Assembly (NCBI GenBank): GCA_963814395.1
Contig: CAWFCS010000013.1
Span: 860,799 to 924,798, forward strand
From: an uncultured Acidobacteriota bacterium
Lineage (GTDB): Bacteria > Acidobacteriota > Vicinamibacteria > Vicinamibacterales > UBA2999
Direction: 5' to 3'
DNA length: 64,000 nucleotides
Of the stretch, positions 11,782 through 22,410 are shown in pieces. A program made the position numbers and the translations under genes. Every line of letters begins with the position of its first letter. The stretch's first letter is position 1. Under the pieces are notes generated by a model. That model made no database searches. It saw only the letters and a program-made list of their open reading frames with translations, and was not told the origin of the DNA.

Positions 11782-12506
11782 GCCTCGCTCCGCATTGCAC
11801 CGACGCGCTCTCGGCCTACCTCGACGGCGACCTCGACGCCTCGGCGGCCCGAGCCGTGGCCGATCACCTCGCGACCTGCGCGGACTGCCGCGCCGTCGTG
11901 GCCGACCTCGAACGGCTGCGACACGACGTCACACGCTGGGCCGCCGACACCGCCGTGCCGGCGGCCGATCTCTGGCCCGGCATCGCCGCGCGCCTCTCGG
12001 CACCGGAGGCCACGCTGGCGGGGACCACCGGGGCGCCATCCCGTGCCCCGGTGGTCCAGCTCGCCTGGTATCGCCGCCGGGTGTCCCTGGGTGTGCCCGA
12101 ACTGGCCCTCGCCGCCTCGGTCATCGCCGCCTTGAGCGGCGCGTTGCTCTATCAGCGCGGATCGGCACCGGTGCCCGTGCCGGGCCCGACGCCGGTGCTG
12201 GCGCAGGTCGAGCCGTTCGATGCGCCGGATGCCAGTGTGACCACGGTGAGCTTCGCCGACGCGCAATACGACGCGGCCGTGGGCGACCTCGAGCGCGTGC
12301 TGCAGGATCAGCGCCACGAGCTCAATCCCCGCACCGTGCTCGTGCTCGAGCGCAACCTGCGGATCATCGACGAGGCCGTGCAGGAAGCGCGCGCGGCCCT
12401 GGCCAGCGACCCGGCCAATCCGCTGCTGAACGCCCAGCTGGCCGACGTGCGCCAGCGCAAGCTGCAACTGCTGCGCAAGGCCGCGCTCATCACCGAAGGA
12501 GACTGA
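11778..12506 (+). CDS. Anti-sigma factor with zf-HC2 (ZAS) domain
   Basis: LSAYLDGDL...HLATCADC, single TM helix; ATGA overlap with the sigma gene. Confidence 0.9.
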   Translation: MSLAPHCTDALSAYLDGDLDASAARAVADHLATCADCRAVVADLERLRHDVTRWAADTAVPAADLWPGIAARLSAPEATLAGTTGAPSRAPVVQLAWYRRRVSLGVPELALAASVIAALSGALLYQRGSAPVPVPGPTPVLAQVEPFDAPDASVTTVSFADAQYDAAVGDLERVLQDQRHELNPRTVLVLERNLRIIDEAVQEARAALASDPANPLLNAQLADVRQRKLQLLRKAALITEGD

Positions 12507-12511
12507 CGCCC

Positions 12512-13759
12512 ATGCCCGCCCGCCCCTTGCTGCTCGCCGCCCTGTTCGCGGTGTCTGCCCCCATCCCCGCTGTCGCGCGCGCCGCCGACGCGCCGCCCGC
12601 GCCCCAGGCCAAGCCGGCGGCTGCCCCTCAACCCGCGCAACCGCCCGTGCAGGCGCGGCCGGGAGGACCGGAATCGCAGACGCCGCAATCGGATCAGACG
12701 GTGGATGTGGCCAAGGGCACCCGGCTCGTGCTGTCGAATCAAGCCGGTGAGGTCAGCGTGCGCGCGTGGGATCGTGATGCCGTGCGGGTGCAGGCCAACC
12801 ACAGCTCGCGCGAGCGTATCGACGTGCAGAACGCTGACAACACCGTGCGGGTGCGGGCACGGGCCACCTCGGGGTCGCGCGGACCCGCCGGCCTCATCGA
12901 CTTCGTGATCACCGTGCCCCGCTGGATGCCCGTGAACGTGTCGGGCACCTACCTGGCGGCCGACATCCAGGGCACGAGCGCCGAAGTCAACGTGGAGACC
13001 GTGGGCGGCGACATCACGCTCAAGGGCGGCTCGGGGGCGGTGACGCTGCGCTCGATCGAGGGCGAGATCCGCGTCGAGAACTCTTCGGGCAAGGTGCAGG
13101 CCACGACCGTGAACGACTCAATCACGATTGCCGGCGTGTCGGGCGACGTGGTCGCCGAAACGGTCAACGGCGACGTGGTGGTGTCGAACTCGAAGGCGGC
13201 GAGCCTGGAGGTGTCGACCGTGAACGGCGACGTGCGCTTCGAAGGCCCCACCGCGGACAAGGGCACCTACCGGGTCACCACCCACAACGGCGACATTCGC
13301 GTGAGTCTTGGCGCACAGGCCAACGCCACCGTGTTCGTGCGCACCTTCGGCGGCGACTTCTCGAGCGACTTCCCAGTGACGTTGCCCGACGGCATGGGCA
13401 GCCGCGACGGCAACAAGCGCTTCAACTTCACGCTCGGCGCCGGCTCGGCACGCGTCGAGCTGCAGTCGTTCCAGGGCGACATCCACGTGGCCAAGGGCGC
13501 GCTGCGGAATCGCGAGCAGGAGCGGGAAGATGCCCGCGGCCGCAAGCGCGGCGTGCTGAACTTCGAACAGCTGGGGCGCGAGGTGCAACGCGAGGTCGCG
13601 CAGGAACTCCGCCAGGAGTTCGGTCCCGAGTGGCCGGGTGAGCTCGCGCGTCTCCGCGAGTGGGCCGGAGCCCTCATCGCACCGGAGGCGCCGCCCGCAC
13701 CGCCCGCGCCGCCAGCGCCACTGGGGCCACTGGCGCCCCCTGCGCCCCGGCCGCGATAA
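12512..13759 (+). CDS. DUF4097 beta-strand-repeat (putative adhesin) secreted protein
   Basis: Signal peptide; repeated TVGGDI/SIEGEI/TVNGDV/THNGDI units; downstream of the ECF pair. Confidence 0.85.
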   Translation: MPARPLLLAALFAVSAPIPAVARAADAPPAPQAKPAAAPQPAQPPVQARPGGPESQTPQSDQTVDVAKGTRLVLSNQAGEVSVRAWDRDAVRVQANHSSRERIDVQNADNTVRVRARATSGSRGPAGLIDFVITVPRWMPVNVSGTYLAADIQGTSAEVNVETVGGDITLKGGSGAVTLRSIEGEIRVENSSGKVQATTVNDSITIAGVSGDVVAETVNGDVVVSNSKAASLEVSTVNGDVRFEGPTADKGTYRVTTHNGDIRVSLGAQANATVFVRTFGGDFSSDFPVTLPDGMGSRDGNKRFNFTLGAGSARVELQSFQGDIHVAKGALRNREQEREDARGRKRGVLNFEQLGREVQREVAQELRQEFGPEWPGELARLREWAGALIAPEAPPAPPAPPAPLGPLAPPAPRPR

Positions 13760-13770
13760 TCCCCCGGCGC

Positions 13771-14313
13771 TCAGCCGACGGTGCGCTCGGCCCGCAGCAC
13801 GGCCGCATCGCCCGGCACGGCCCGAATCACGAAGCCAGCCCTCCGCACCACGGCGCGCATGGCGTCGTTGTCGGCCAGCATCTCACCGTAGAGATGGCGC
13901 ACGCCCAGCTCCCGGGCACCGTCGACGAGCGCGTGCATCATCGCCGTGCCCAGGCCGAGCCCGTGCCAGCGGTCCACGACGAGCAGCGCCACTTCTGCTG
14001 ACCCTTCCGGCTCGGTGCGCGTCAGACGGCCGAGTGCCACGACGGCGGGCACGCCGTCGGCCGAGGTGTGCTCGGCCACGAGGGCGAGGCCCACGGCCGG
14101 GTCCACGCGGCAGGTCAGCGCGAGCCGCGTATGCGTGATTCGCTGCTCGAGCGTGCTCAGATGAAAGTAGCGCTGATACACCGACCGCGGCGACACACCG
14201 GCATGAAAGGTGACCATCAGCGGCTCGTCGGCGGGACGAATCGGGCGAATCGTGACGACCGTGTCGTCGCGCAGCCGCAGCGTGACGCCGCGGGTCGAGT
14301 CGTCCGGAGCCAT
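13771..14313 (-). CDS. GNAT N-acetyltransferase (Pat C-terminal-like)
   Basis: IRPIRPADE, SPRSVYQRYF, AEVALLVVDRWHGLGLGT, N.AM...RRAGF. Confidence 0.88.
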   Translation of the reverse strand: MAPDDSTRGVTLRLRDDTVVTIRPIRPADEPLMVTFHAGVSPRSVYQRYFHLSTLEQRITHTRLALTCRVDPAVGLALVAEHTSADGVPAVVALGRLTRTEPEGSAEVALLVVDRWHGLGLGTAMMHALVDGARELGVRHLYGEMLADNDAMRAVVRRAGFVIRAVPGDAAVLRAERTVG

Positions 14314-14359
14314 GGTGATAGCATAGCGGGCGTTTCGCACTCCCAGCACGGAGACGCGC

Positions 14360-14868
14360 ATGGCCCTCGTCGACGCCCTACTCCCCGAATTCGATCACGA
14401 AGTGGCGTCCACGCGGCGGCTGCTCGCACGCCTGCCCGACGGCCAGTTCGCGTGGCGGCCGCACCCCAAGAGCATGACGCTCGGTTCGCTGGCCACCCAC
14501 CTGAGCGAGTTGGGCTACTGGGGACAGGAAACACTCAACTCCCCCGCCGTCGACCTCGAGGCCATGACCCGCCCAGCGGGCTACGTGCAGCCGGCCACCC
14601 GCGCGGCGGTCCTCGAGGTGTTCGAGCAGAAGATGGCGGGCGCGCGCCTGGCGCTCGTAGGCAAGACCGACGCCGAACTGATGGCGCCCGTGGACGTTGC
14701 GCCGAGGCGCCGTCGAGTTCTTCACCATGCCCAAGGCCGCCGTGCTGGCGCACGTTCGTGATGAATCACCTGATCCACCATCGTGGCCAGCTCACGGTCT
14801 ACCTTCGGCAACTCGACGTGCCGCTGCCTTCGATCTACGGTCCGAGTGCCGACGAACAGCCCCTCTAG
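14360..14868 (+). CDS. DinB family protein, frameshifted
   Basis: EFDHEVASTRRLL, WRPHPKSMTLGSLATH, NHLIHHRGQLTVYLR..PSIYGPSADE. Confidence 0.9.
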
Positions 14869-14891
14869 CGCGCAGCCCCTGCCGCGCGCGT

Positions 14892-16380
14892 GTGGTCGTG
14901 GGCGGCGCCGTGGCGTTCGTGGCGCTCGCCACGCTGAATGCCGGCGGCTACCGTTTCGGCGCGTCCGACCAGGCGTTCTACATTCCCGCCATACTGCATC
15001 AGCTCGACCCCGCGCTCTTTCCGCGCGACTGGGCGATGCTCGGCGCGCAAGGCCGGTTCTTCTTCGTGGACGAGATCTTCGCCAGCCTGGTGCGCGTCAG
15101 TGGGTGGTCATTGGCCGCATGGTTCGCGGTGGCGCAGCTCGCCACGCTGGCGGTGCTCTACGCGGGCGCGCTCGCGCTCGGCCGGCAGGTGCTCACGTCG
15201 CCGTGGGCCCTGACGGCGTGGATGGCGGCGCTCACGCTACGACACCGCATCGCCAAGACCGGCGCCAACACCCTTGAAGGCTACTTCCACCCGCGCATGC
15301 TCGTCTTCGGCCTCGGCCTCGTGGCGCTCGCCGATGTGCTGCGCGGACGGCGCTGGCGGCCCGTGCTGCTGCTGCTCGTGGGCGCCACGCTGCATCCCAC
15401 GACGGCCGCCCTCTTCCTCGGACTCGTGCTCGTGGCCCTCGTGGTGGGCGATGCGCGCCTGCGCCTGCCGCTCGCGCGGCGGCGGCGCCGTGGCTGCCCT
15501 TGCCGGTGCGGCGGCGCTCGTGGCCGGCGCTACGCCCTTCGACCTCACGCCCATGGACGCCACCTGGCGCGCGCTCGTCGCCACCAAGGACTACACCTTC
15601 CCGACGGCGTGGTCAGCTCAGCACGTGGGCCACGAACCTGGCCGGGCCGGTCGTGCTGCTGGCGATTGGCTGGGTGCGCCACGGCGACGGCGCGCTGACG
15701 GTTCGTGAGCGCGGCCTGATCGCCGGCTGCCTCGCGCTCGTGGCCGGGTTCCTGCTGTCGCTCCCGCTCGTGGCGGCCGGCGTGCCGCTGGCCGTGCAGC
15801 TCCAGACCTCGCGCGCCTTCTGGCCGGTGGAGATCGTGGCCACGCTGTATCTGGTGTGGTGGCTCGTCGATCGCCCGGCGCGCATGAGCGCCGCTGCGCT
15901 GGCAGCCGCGCGCCGTCGCCGCGGTGCTCGTGGCGCTCAGCATCGTCGCGCGCGGGCTATGTCGGCTTCCTCGAGAGCCCCGACCGCGCCACCCTGGCGT
16001 TCGAGCTGCCGCGCGACGACTGGACCGCGGCGCTCCGCTGGATTCGCGACGACACGCCGACCGGCACCTACGTGCTCGCCGACCCCGGCCACGCCTGGAA
16101 GTACGGCACGGCGGTGCGCATCGGCGCGGCCCGCGACGTGTTCCTCGAAGAGACCAAAGACGTGGCGATGGCCATGTATTCGCGCGACGCGGCGCACCGG
16201 GTCACCGGGCGCATCGCGGCCACGCAGGGCTTTACCGACATGACGGCTGCCGCCCTCGCAGCGCTGGCGGCGCGCGAAGGGCTCGATGTCTTCGTGACCG
16301 AGCGCACGCTCGACTTGCCCGTGGCGCACCGCGTCGGCGGCATCACCGTCTATCGCTTCGCGCGCGACGGCGCACGCTGA
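14892..16380 (+). CDS. Polytopic membrane protein (DUF6798-like, possible GT-C glycosyltransferase), frameshifted
   Basis: GYRFGASDQAFYIPAI..LDPALFPRD, many TM segments, soluble C-terminal W.RDDTP...LADP domain; start uncertain. Confidence 0.6.
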
Positions 16381-16490
16381 CCAGCGTGTCGACGGCATGG
16401 GCGAGCGGATATCTTGCCTGCTTGCGCACCTCGGCGCGCTGCTATACTCCGGCCGTTCGCCGGGCCTCGGAGTCCGGTGGGAGGGACCCC

Positions 16491-17792
16491 ATGTCGACCA
16501 CCGCCAACGTCTCGCGCCGCTCGTTTGCCAAGCTGTTTGCCATGGGAGGCTCGGCCGCGCTGCTGGCCGACCCGTCCTTTGCGCGCGAATTCGCTGGTGC
16601 GGGAACGGGCGGTGACATCCTGCCCGCGGGTCCCTCGGCCGGTGAGCCCTTCTGGAAGAGCGTGCGCGACCAGTTCGTGATGCCGCCTGACCTGGCCGTG
16701 ATGAATGCCGCGAATCTCTGTCCGGCCTCGCGGCTGGCGGCCGACTGCCTGACACGCGAGTCGAAGAGCGTCGACGCGGATCCGTCGCCCAACAACCGCG
16801 CGCGCCTCATGCCCGAGAAAGAGAAGACCCGGGTTGCGCTGGCGCAGTTCCTGCGCGCCACGCCCGACGAAATCATCATCACGCGCAACACCAGCGAGTC
16901 GAACAACATGGTGTCGAACGGCCTGGATCTCAAGGCCGGCGACGAAGTGCTGCTGCACGAAGACAACCACCCCAGCAACCTCACGGCGTGGCGCGAGAAA
17001 GCCAAGCGCTTCGGCTTCTCGGTGGTGGTCGTGCCGCAGAGGAATCCGCATCCCGGCATGGAGTACTACGTGGACGCCTTCGCCAAGGCGATCACGCCCA
17101 AGACCAAGGTGATGTCGGTCACGCACCTCTCCAGCACCGTCGGCGACCTGATGCCGGCCAAGCAGCTGGCCGCCCTCGCCCGCTCGCGCGGCGTGCTCTT
17201 CCTGCTCGACGGCGCGCAGACCTTCGGCCTGCTCGACGTGAACCTGGCCGACATCCAGCCCGACTTCTATTCGGGCAGCGCCCACAAGTGGCCCTGCGGC
17301 GCGCGCGAGTGCGGCGTGCTCTACGTCAGCACCGCCGCGCAAGCCAAGCTCTGGCCCAGTGTCTACAGCGCGTATCCCGGCGCCGTGGGCTTCTCGAAGA
17401 CCTTCGAGAGCTTCGGCCAGCGCGACGAGGCCACGATGATCGCGCTGCGCGAAGCGCTCGACTTCCAGACCAAGGTGGGCCGCACGGCCATCGAAGCGCG
17501 CTCGCGCGCCTTGACGACGCAGCTCATCGACGGCCTGGCGAAGCTGCCCGGCATCGTGAACTGGACCTCGCCCGTGGCCGAACGGCGCGTGGCGGTCGTG
17601 TCGTTCGTGCCCGGCTCGCTCGACGCCAGCAAGCTGGCCACGGCGCTCTACACGAACGACAAGATCGGCATCACCACGCGCGGCGGCCAGGACCGGCCCG
17701 GCCTGCGCGTGTCGCCGCATTTCTACAACAGCCCGGCCGAAGTGGACCGGCTGCTGGCGTCGTTGAGCAAGTACCTCCGGACGGGGGTTTAG
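16491..17792 (+). CDS. Tat-exported class V PLP aminotransferase (isopenicillin-N epimerase / cysteine desulfurase-like)
   Basis: SRRSFAK Tat motif; TRNTSE, DGAQTFG, SGSAHKW (PLP Lys), RVSPHFYN. Confidence 0.9.
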   Translation: MSTTANVSRRSFAKLFAMGGSAALLADPSFAREFAGAGTGGDILPAGPSAGEPFWKSVRDQFVMPPDLAVMNAANLCPASRLAADCLTRESKSVDADPSPNNRARLMPEKEKTRVALAQFLRATPDEIIITRNTSESNNMVSNGLDLKAGDEVLLHEDNHPSNLTAWREKAKRFGFSVVVVPQRNPHPGMEYYVDAFAKAITPKTKVMSVTHLSSTVGDLMPAKQLAALARSRGVLFLLDGAQTFGLLDVNLADIQPDFYSGSAHKWPCGARECGVLYVSTAAQAKLWPSVYSAYPGAVGFSKTFESFGQRDEATMIALREALDFQTKVGRTAIEARSRALTTQLIDGLAKLPGIVNWTSPVAERRVAVVSFVPGSLDASKLATALYTNDKIGITTRGGQDRPGLRVSPHFYNSPAEVDRLLASLSKYLRTGV

Positions 17793-17819
17793 GGACTGGG
17801 GACTGGGGGCGAGGGACTA
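17790..17819. repeat. Degenerate GGGACT[AG] heptamer repeat
   Basis: tagggactggggactgggggcgagggacta at the aminotransferase stop. Confidence 0.75.
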
Positions 17820-17936
17820 CCCCCAAGACCACCGCGCGCTGACCCGCGCTGCGCACGGTTGCCTCGATTGCGCCAGAACGACTGGCCGTAGTGGACTTGC
17901 CCGGCGGGCTGCCGATAGAGCGGGCAAGGAGATTCC

Positions 17937-18532
17937 ATGCGTTCACTTCGTTCCGTGCTCGTTCCTCACCGCCCTGTCCCTCACCGCCGCGACGGCCTCG
18001 GCCCAGAGCATCACCTTCCCCGCCTCTGCTCCGCTCTTCGCGACCGTCGAACAGGGCTCCAGCGCCGCCCGTCCGCAGACCCGCGGCGGCCTGTGGTTCA
18101 GCGGTGGTCTGGGCGTTGGGTCGCTCGGGTGCGAAGATTGCGACGAGCGCGAGATCTCGCTCGCCGCCGATCTCGCCATCGGCGCCACCGTGAACGATCG
18201 CCTGCTCCTGGGCGCGGGCATCAGCGGCTGGTCGAAGGAAGAGGACGGCCTGACCCTGACGGTGGCCACGCTCGAAGCGCGCGTGCGCGTTCTATCCGCG
18301 CGCCGCGTCGGGCTTCTTCCTCACCGGCGGCCTCGGACTCGGCGCCATCCAGGCCTCGTTCGACGACTTCGACGAGAACGAGTCGGGCGTTGGCCTCACG
18401 CTGGGCCTGGGCTGGGACATCCGCGTGGGCCGCAACGTGAGCCTCACGCCCTACTGGACCGGCACGGCGGTCAGCGCCGACGAATCCGACGCCAACTTCG
18501 GCCAGATCGGCCTGGCGGTCACGATCCACTAG
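17937..18532 (+). CDS. Small outer-membrane beta-barrel protein, frameshifted
   Basis: Signal peptide; RGGLWFSGGLGVGSLGCEDC; amphipathic strands; ends GQIGLAVTIH. Confidence 0.7.
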
Positions 18533-19042
18533 GCTGGCCAGGCGGGTCGAGCCGCGCGGCCAGTGCGCGCGCCGACCACGCCAACGCCACGCCGGTGGCC
18601 AACGTCACGGCGTTGGCCACGACGTGCGGCCACGAGCGCTCGAGCGACGAAGGCGCCAGGCCCTGCTGCAGGTAGTAGACGTAGGAGCCGCCGGCCTGCA
18701 GGAGCGCCACGGCCGCATCGGCGGCCACCCACACCCCGATGAGCGCGATGCCCACCACAGGAGGTCATGGCGCGAGCTAGACGAGGGCAGCGGGGTGAGG
18801 GGGAACAGCGCCGTCGCGACGCGGTCCGCCGCGAACAGGCAGATGGCCGCGATCACCAGACTGCCGACGGCCGACGTGATGGTGGCGGACAACTGAGAAT
18901 CGCTCAGGGTGAACGCCTCTGGGTCCGTCAGGTAGGGCGTCACCATCAAGGCGACGTAGAGCGCCACGACGCGCAGCGCGAAGTAGACGCCGACGAGTTT
19001 GATGGCCGCAGTGCCGACATCGCGTTGCGTCATCAGCGCCAC
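18519..19042 (-). CDS. Hypothetical 4-TM membrane protein, frameshifted near 18760
   Basis: Joined ORFs 18605..19042 and 18519..18758 give four hydrophobic helices. Confidence 0.6.
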
Positions 19043-19049
19043 CGAGCCG

Positions 19050-19424
19050 CTACGACACGACCGTGATGGGCTTCAGCGTCAAGACTGGCGCGTCTTCGTC
19101 TCCATACCAAAGATGCAGCACGCCGTCCCCGGCACGCGCGCCGGGGATCGGCAGGTCCACTGCGACCGGCCCAGCCGACGGCCAGGTGGCGTCGAGCGCC
19201 TCGCACACGACGTCTTGCGCGAAGCTCAGCACGCCCTCGGCCACGTCGGCATACACCTCGAGGTCGCCGAGATCGTCGGCCTCGAGGTCGAGCACGGTCG
19301 ACACGGCCGTGCCGTCGGGCGACTCGATCGTCACCGTCTCGCCCTCGGCCGTGGCGGTGAACCCGTCGGGAAGACTCGCCGCCACGGCGGCGGCGAGCTC
19401 CTTGGCAAATGCGTCGGCGGTCAC
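19050..19424 (-). CDS. Hypothetical acidic protein (124 aa)
   Basis: GTG just after the amidohydrolase stop; ...QDVVCEAL..TWP...LHLWYGDEDAPVLTLKPI. Confidence 0.65.
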   Translation of the reverse strand: MTADAFAKELAAAVAASLPDGFTATAEGETVTIESPDGTAVSTVLDLEADDLGDLEVYADVAEGVLSFAQDVVCEALDATWPSAGPVAVDLPIPGARAGDGVLHLWYGDEDAPVLTLKPITVVS

Positions 19425-19426
19425 GT

Positions 19427-21077
19427 CTACTGCTGGGGCTGCGGCGTGGCGGGCGCGGTGCGCACCGTCGGGTACTTGATGCCGAGCTGATCCAGGTAGG
19501 TCGGATACTTGCTCGGGTCGTAGTAGAACTTCTTCATCTGCTCGCGGTACTTGGCGAGGATCTCGCTGTTCAGATGAATCGGGGCGGGCGTGTCCTTCTT
19601 GATGAAGGGGATGTACTTCACGTCTTTGGTCTGCACGTTGTTGAAGTAGTCCCAGGCCTGCTTCACGAGCTCGGGCTTGGTCAGCAGGTCGAGCACGGTC
19701 ATGGCCTGCACCTTGGCGCCGGCCACCACGCCCTTGTGGGCAATGGGCGTGGCGCTGGCGATGCCGCTCGACCAGTTGTGGCCGGGCAGCCCGGGAATGT
19801 TCGCGGGATAACGCAGCGTCACCGTGGGCACGTTCCACGACACGTCGCCGATGTCGTCGGAGCCGCCGCCCATGTTGTCCTCGATCTTCACCGGCTGGCC
19901 CATCTCGGCCACCTTCGTGGCCATGCCGGGCTGCGTGGCGATTGCCGAGCTCCTTCTGCAGCGCCTTGGCCAGCGTCTGGTCGGCCTCGCTCCACTCGGG
20001 CAGGCCCACGCGCTGGATGTTGGCGTAGACGGTTTCGGCCACCGGCTTGTTGAAGTGCTGCGGATAGGCCGTGCCGAGAATGCGCGACGTCCACTTGGTG
20101 TTGGTCATGAGCGCGGCGCCGTCGGCCATCTTGTTGGCGATGTCCCACAGCTCCTGGATGTGCGGCTGGTCGTTCTCGCGCAGGTAGAACCAGATGCTGG
20201 CGGCGCGCGGCACCACGTTGGGCTGATCGCCGCCGTTGGTGATGACCGAGTGCGATCGCTGCGACAGGCGCAGGTGCTCGCGGCGGTAGTTCCAGGCGAT
20301 GCTCATGAGCTCCACGGCATCGGCGGCCGAGCGTCCGCGCCAGGGCGCGCCTGCGCTATGCGCCGTTTCGCCTTCGAACGAGTACTCGACCGAGATCAGG
20401 CCGTTGCCGCCGCCCGCGCCCCACGACACGTTGAGGTTGTTGCCCACGTGCGTGAAGAGCGTGACGTCCACGTCCTTGAACATGCCGTCGCGCACGAACC
20501 AGGCCTTCGAGGCCACGAGTTCTTCGGCCACCCCGGGCCAGATGAGCAGCGTGCCGGGCAGCTTCTCGCGCTCCATCACGCGCTTCACGGCAATCGCCGC
20601 CACGATGTTGAGCGGCGTGCCGGTGTTGTGGCCCTCGCCGTGTCCGGGCGCGCCTTCGATGATCGGGTCGTGGTAGGCCACGCCCGGCTTCTGCGACGAC
20701 TGCGGAATGCCGTCGATGTCGGAGCCGAGGGCAATCACCGGCTTGCCGCTGCCGAACGAGGCCACCCACGCGGTGGGAATGCCCGACTGGCCGCGGGTGA
20801 TCGTGAAGCCGTTCTTCTCGAGCACGCCGGTGAGGTACTTCGAGGTCTCCACTTCCTGGAAGCCGAGCTCGCCGAAGCTGAAGACCGAGTCCACGGCTTC
20901 CTGCGCCAGCTTGGCCAGGCCGTCGACGTGTTCGGATACGCCGCGCTTCAGGGCGTTGAGATTGGCCTCCGCCGCGGTGGGCGGGGCCGGCTTGGCCGTG
21001 GGCGTCTGCGCCAGGGCCGAATTCGCGCTGAACGCCAGCGTGGCGATCGAAAGTGCAAGGGTGCGAGTGCGAGTCAT
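19427..21077 (-). CDS. Secreted M20D amidohydrolase (AbgB-like), frameshifted near 19935
   Basis: GSDIDG, GHGEGHN, PGVAEE, FTHV, AHSAGAPWRGRSA, GGGSDDIGDVSW; signal peptide. Confidence 0.92.
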
Positions 21078-21206
21078 CGTGCCGTTCCTCCAGCATGCGC
21101 CCGCGCCGCCGCGTTCGCGCGACGCCGAGGGGTGCGGTCGAATTGTAGCGGGCCCGGGTGCATGAGTTCGATGGAGAAATATGGCCGCGGCCATAAGTAA
21201 AGTGCA

Positions 21207-21245
21207 GGGACTGGGGACTAGGGACTAGGGACCCGGGCTGGGACT
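21207..21245. repeat. GGGACT[AG] heptamer repeat
   Basis: agggactggggactagggactagggacccgggctgggact in a divergent intergenic region. Confidence 0.85.
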
Positions 21246-21274
21246 GTGCCAGGCGACGCGGCATCGACCGCGAT

Positions 21275-22387
21275 ATGCTGAGCTGCATGCAGCGTGTCGC
21301 GGTCACGGTCGCCCTCGTCGCCATCGCCCTGCTCGTGGACCGGCCGCTGCCGTCGGCGCAAGAGACTCGGGTGCCCACCGCGCGGCTGGTGGCGGCGTCC
21401 AAGCTCACGCTGCCCGGCCGCATCGATTCCAACAACCCGTTCGTGTGGCACGAGGCCGACGGTGCGCGTACCCTCACCGCACTCACCTCGTGGGGCGGCG
21501 TGCCCGAGCTGGCCCGGGGTGCGTCGCTCGACCATCTCGCGGCTGATGGCGCGGCGACGTTCGAGAACCATCCCGGCCACGGGGTGTGGATGGAGGCGGT
21601 CATACCCGACGCACAGGGCGCCTGGTACGGTTACTACCATCACGAGCGCCCAGCCGACGACTGTGGCCGTCCCGACCGTCAGCTGCCCCGCATTGGCGCG
21701 GCCCGGTCCGCCGACCAGGGACGCACATGGATCGACCTGGGCGTGGTGCTCGACGCGCCGCCAGGCTCGGCGGCGTGCACGTCCACCGGACGCTTCGTGC
21801 TGGGCGGGGTGGGCGACGTGTCGGCCATGCTCGACCGCGACGCGCAGTATCTGTATCTCTTCTTCAGCCAGTACGAACGCGACCCATCCGCCCAAGGCGT
21901 GGCCGTGGCCCGCATGCCGTGGGCCAACCGCGACGAGCCGGGGGGCGCGCTGGCTGTGTGGAACGACGGCGCGTGGCTGCCGGCCTCGCCCACCTTCGGC
22001 GAGGATGCCGACACGCCCACCGGCGTCACCTATCCCATCGGCACGCCGCTCGTGCGGGCCACGCGACCCTTCCACGACGGCAACGCCGCGGCCGACGTCT
22101 ACTGGGGCCCCGCGGTGCACTGGAACACGTACCTCGAGCGCTACGTGATGCTGCTCAATCGTGCCGAGAACGACGCCTTCAAGCAGGAAGGGGTCTACGT
22201 GTCGTTCGCCTCCACGCTCGACGATCCGGGCGCGTGGTCGGCGCCCGCGAAGATCCTGAACGGCGGCGAATGGTATCCCCAGGCCGTCGGCCTCGAAGTC
22301 GGCGAAGGCACCGACCGTCTGGCGGGCGCGCGGGCCCGCTTCTTCCTCACGGGCACGTCGTCGCACGCCATCGAATTCCAGCGCTGA
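21275..22387 (+). CDS. Secreted beta-propeller glycoside-hydrolase-like protein
   Basis: Signal peptide; Asp-box SADQGRTW; GGVGDVS, YWGPAVHWN, WYPQ motifs. Confidence 0.6.
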   Translation: MLSCMQRVAVTVALVAIALLVDRPLPSAQETRVPTARLVAASKLTLPGRIDSNNPFVWHEADGARTLTALTSWGGVPELARGASLDHLAADGAATFENHPGHGVWMEAVIPDAQGAWYGYYHHERPADDCGRPDRQLPRIGAARSADQGRTWIDLGVVLDAPPGSAACTSTGRFVLGGVGDVSAMLDRDAQYLYLFFSQYERDPSAQGVAVARMPWANRDEPGGALAVWNDGAWLPASPTFGEDADTPTGVTYPIGTPLVRATRPFHDGNAAADVYWGPAVHWNTYLERYVMLLNRAENDAFKQEGVYVSFASTLDDPGAWSAPAKILNGGEWYPQAVGLEVGEGTDRLAGARARFFLTGTSSHAIEFQR

Positions 22388-22410
22388 GGCGCGCGGCCCG
22401 ACGGCCTGTG

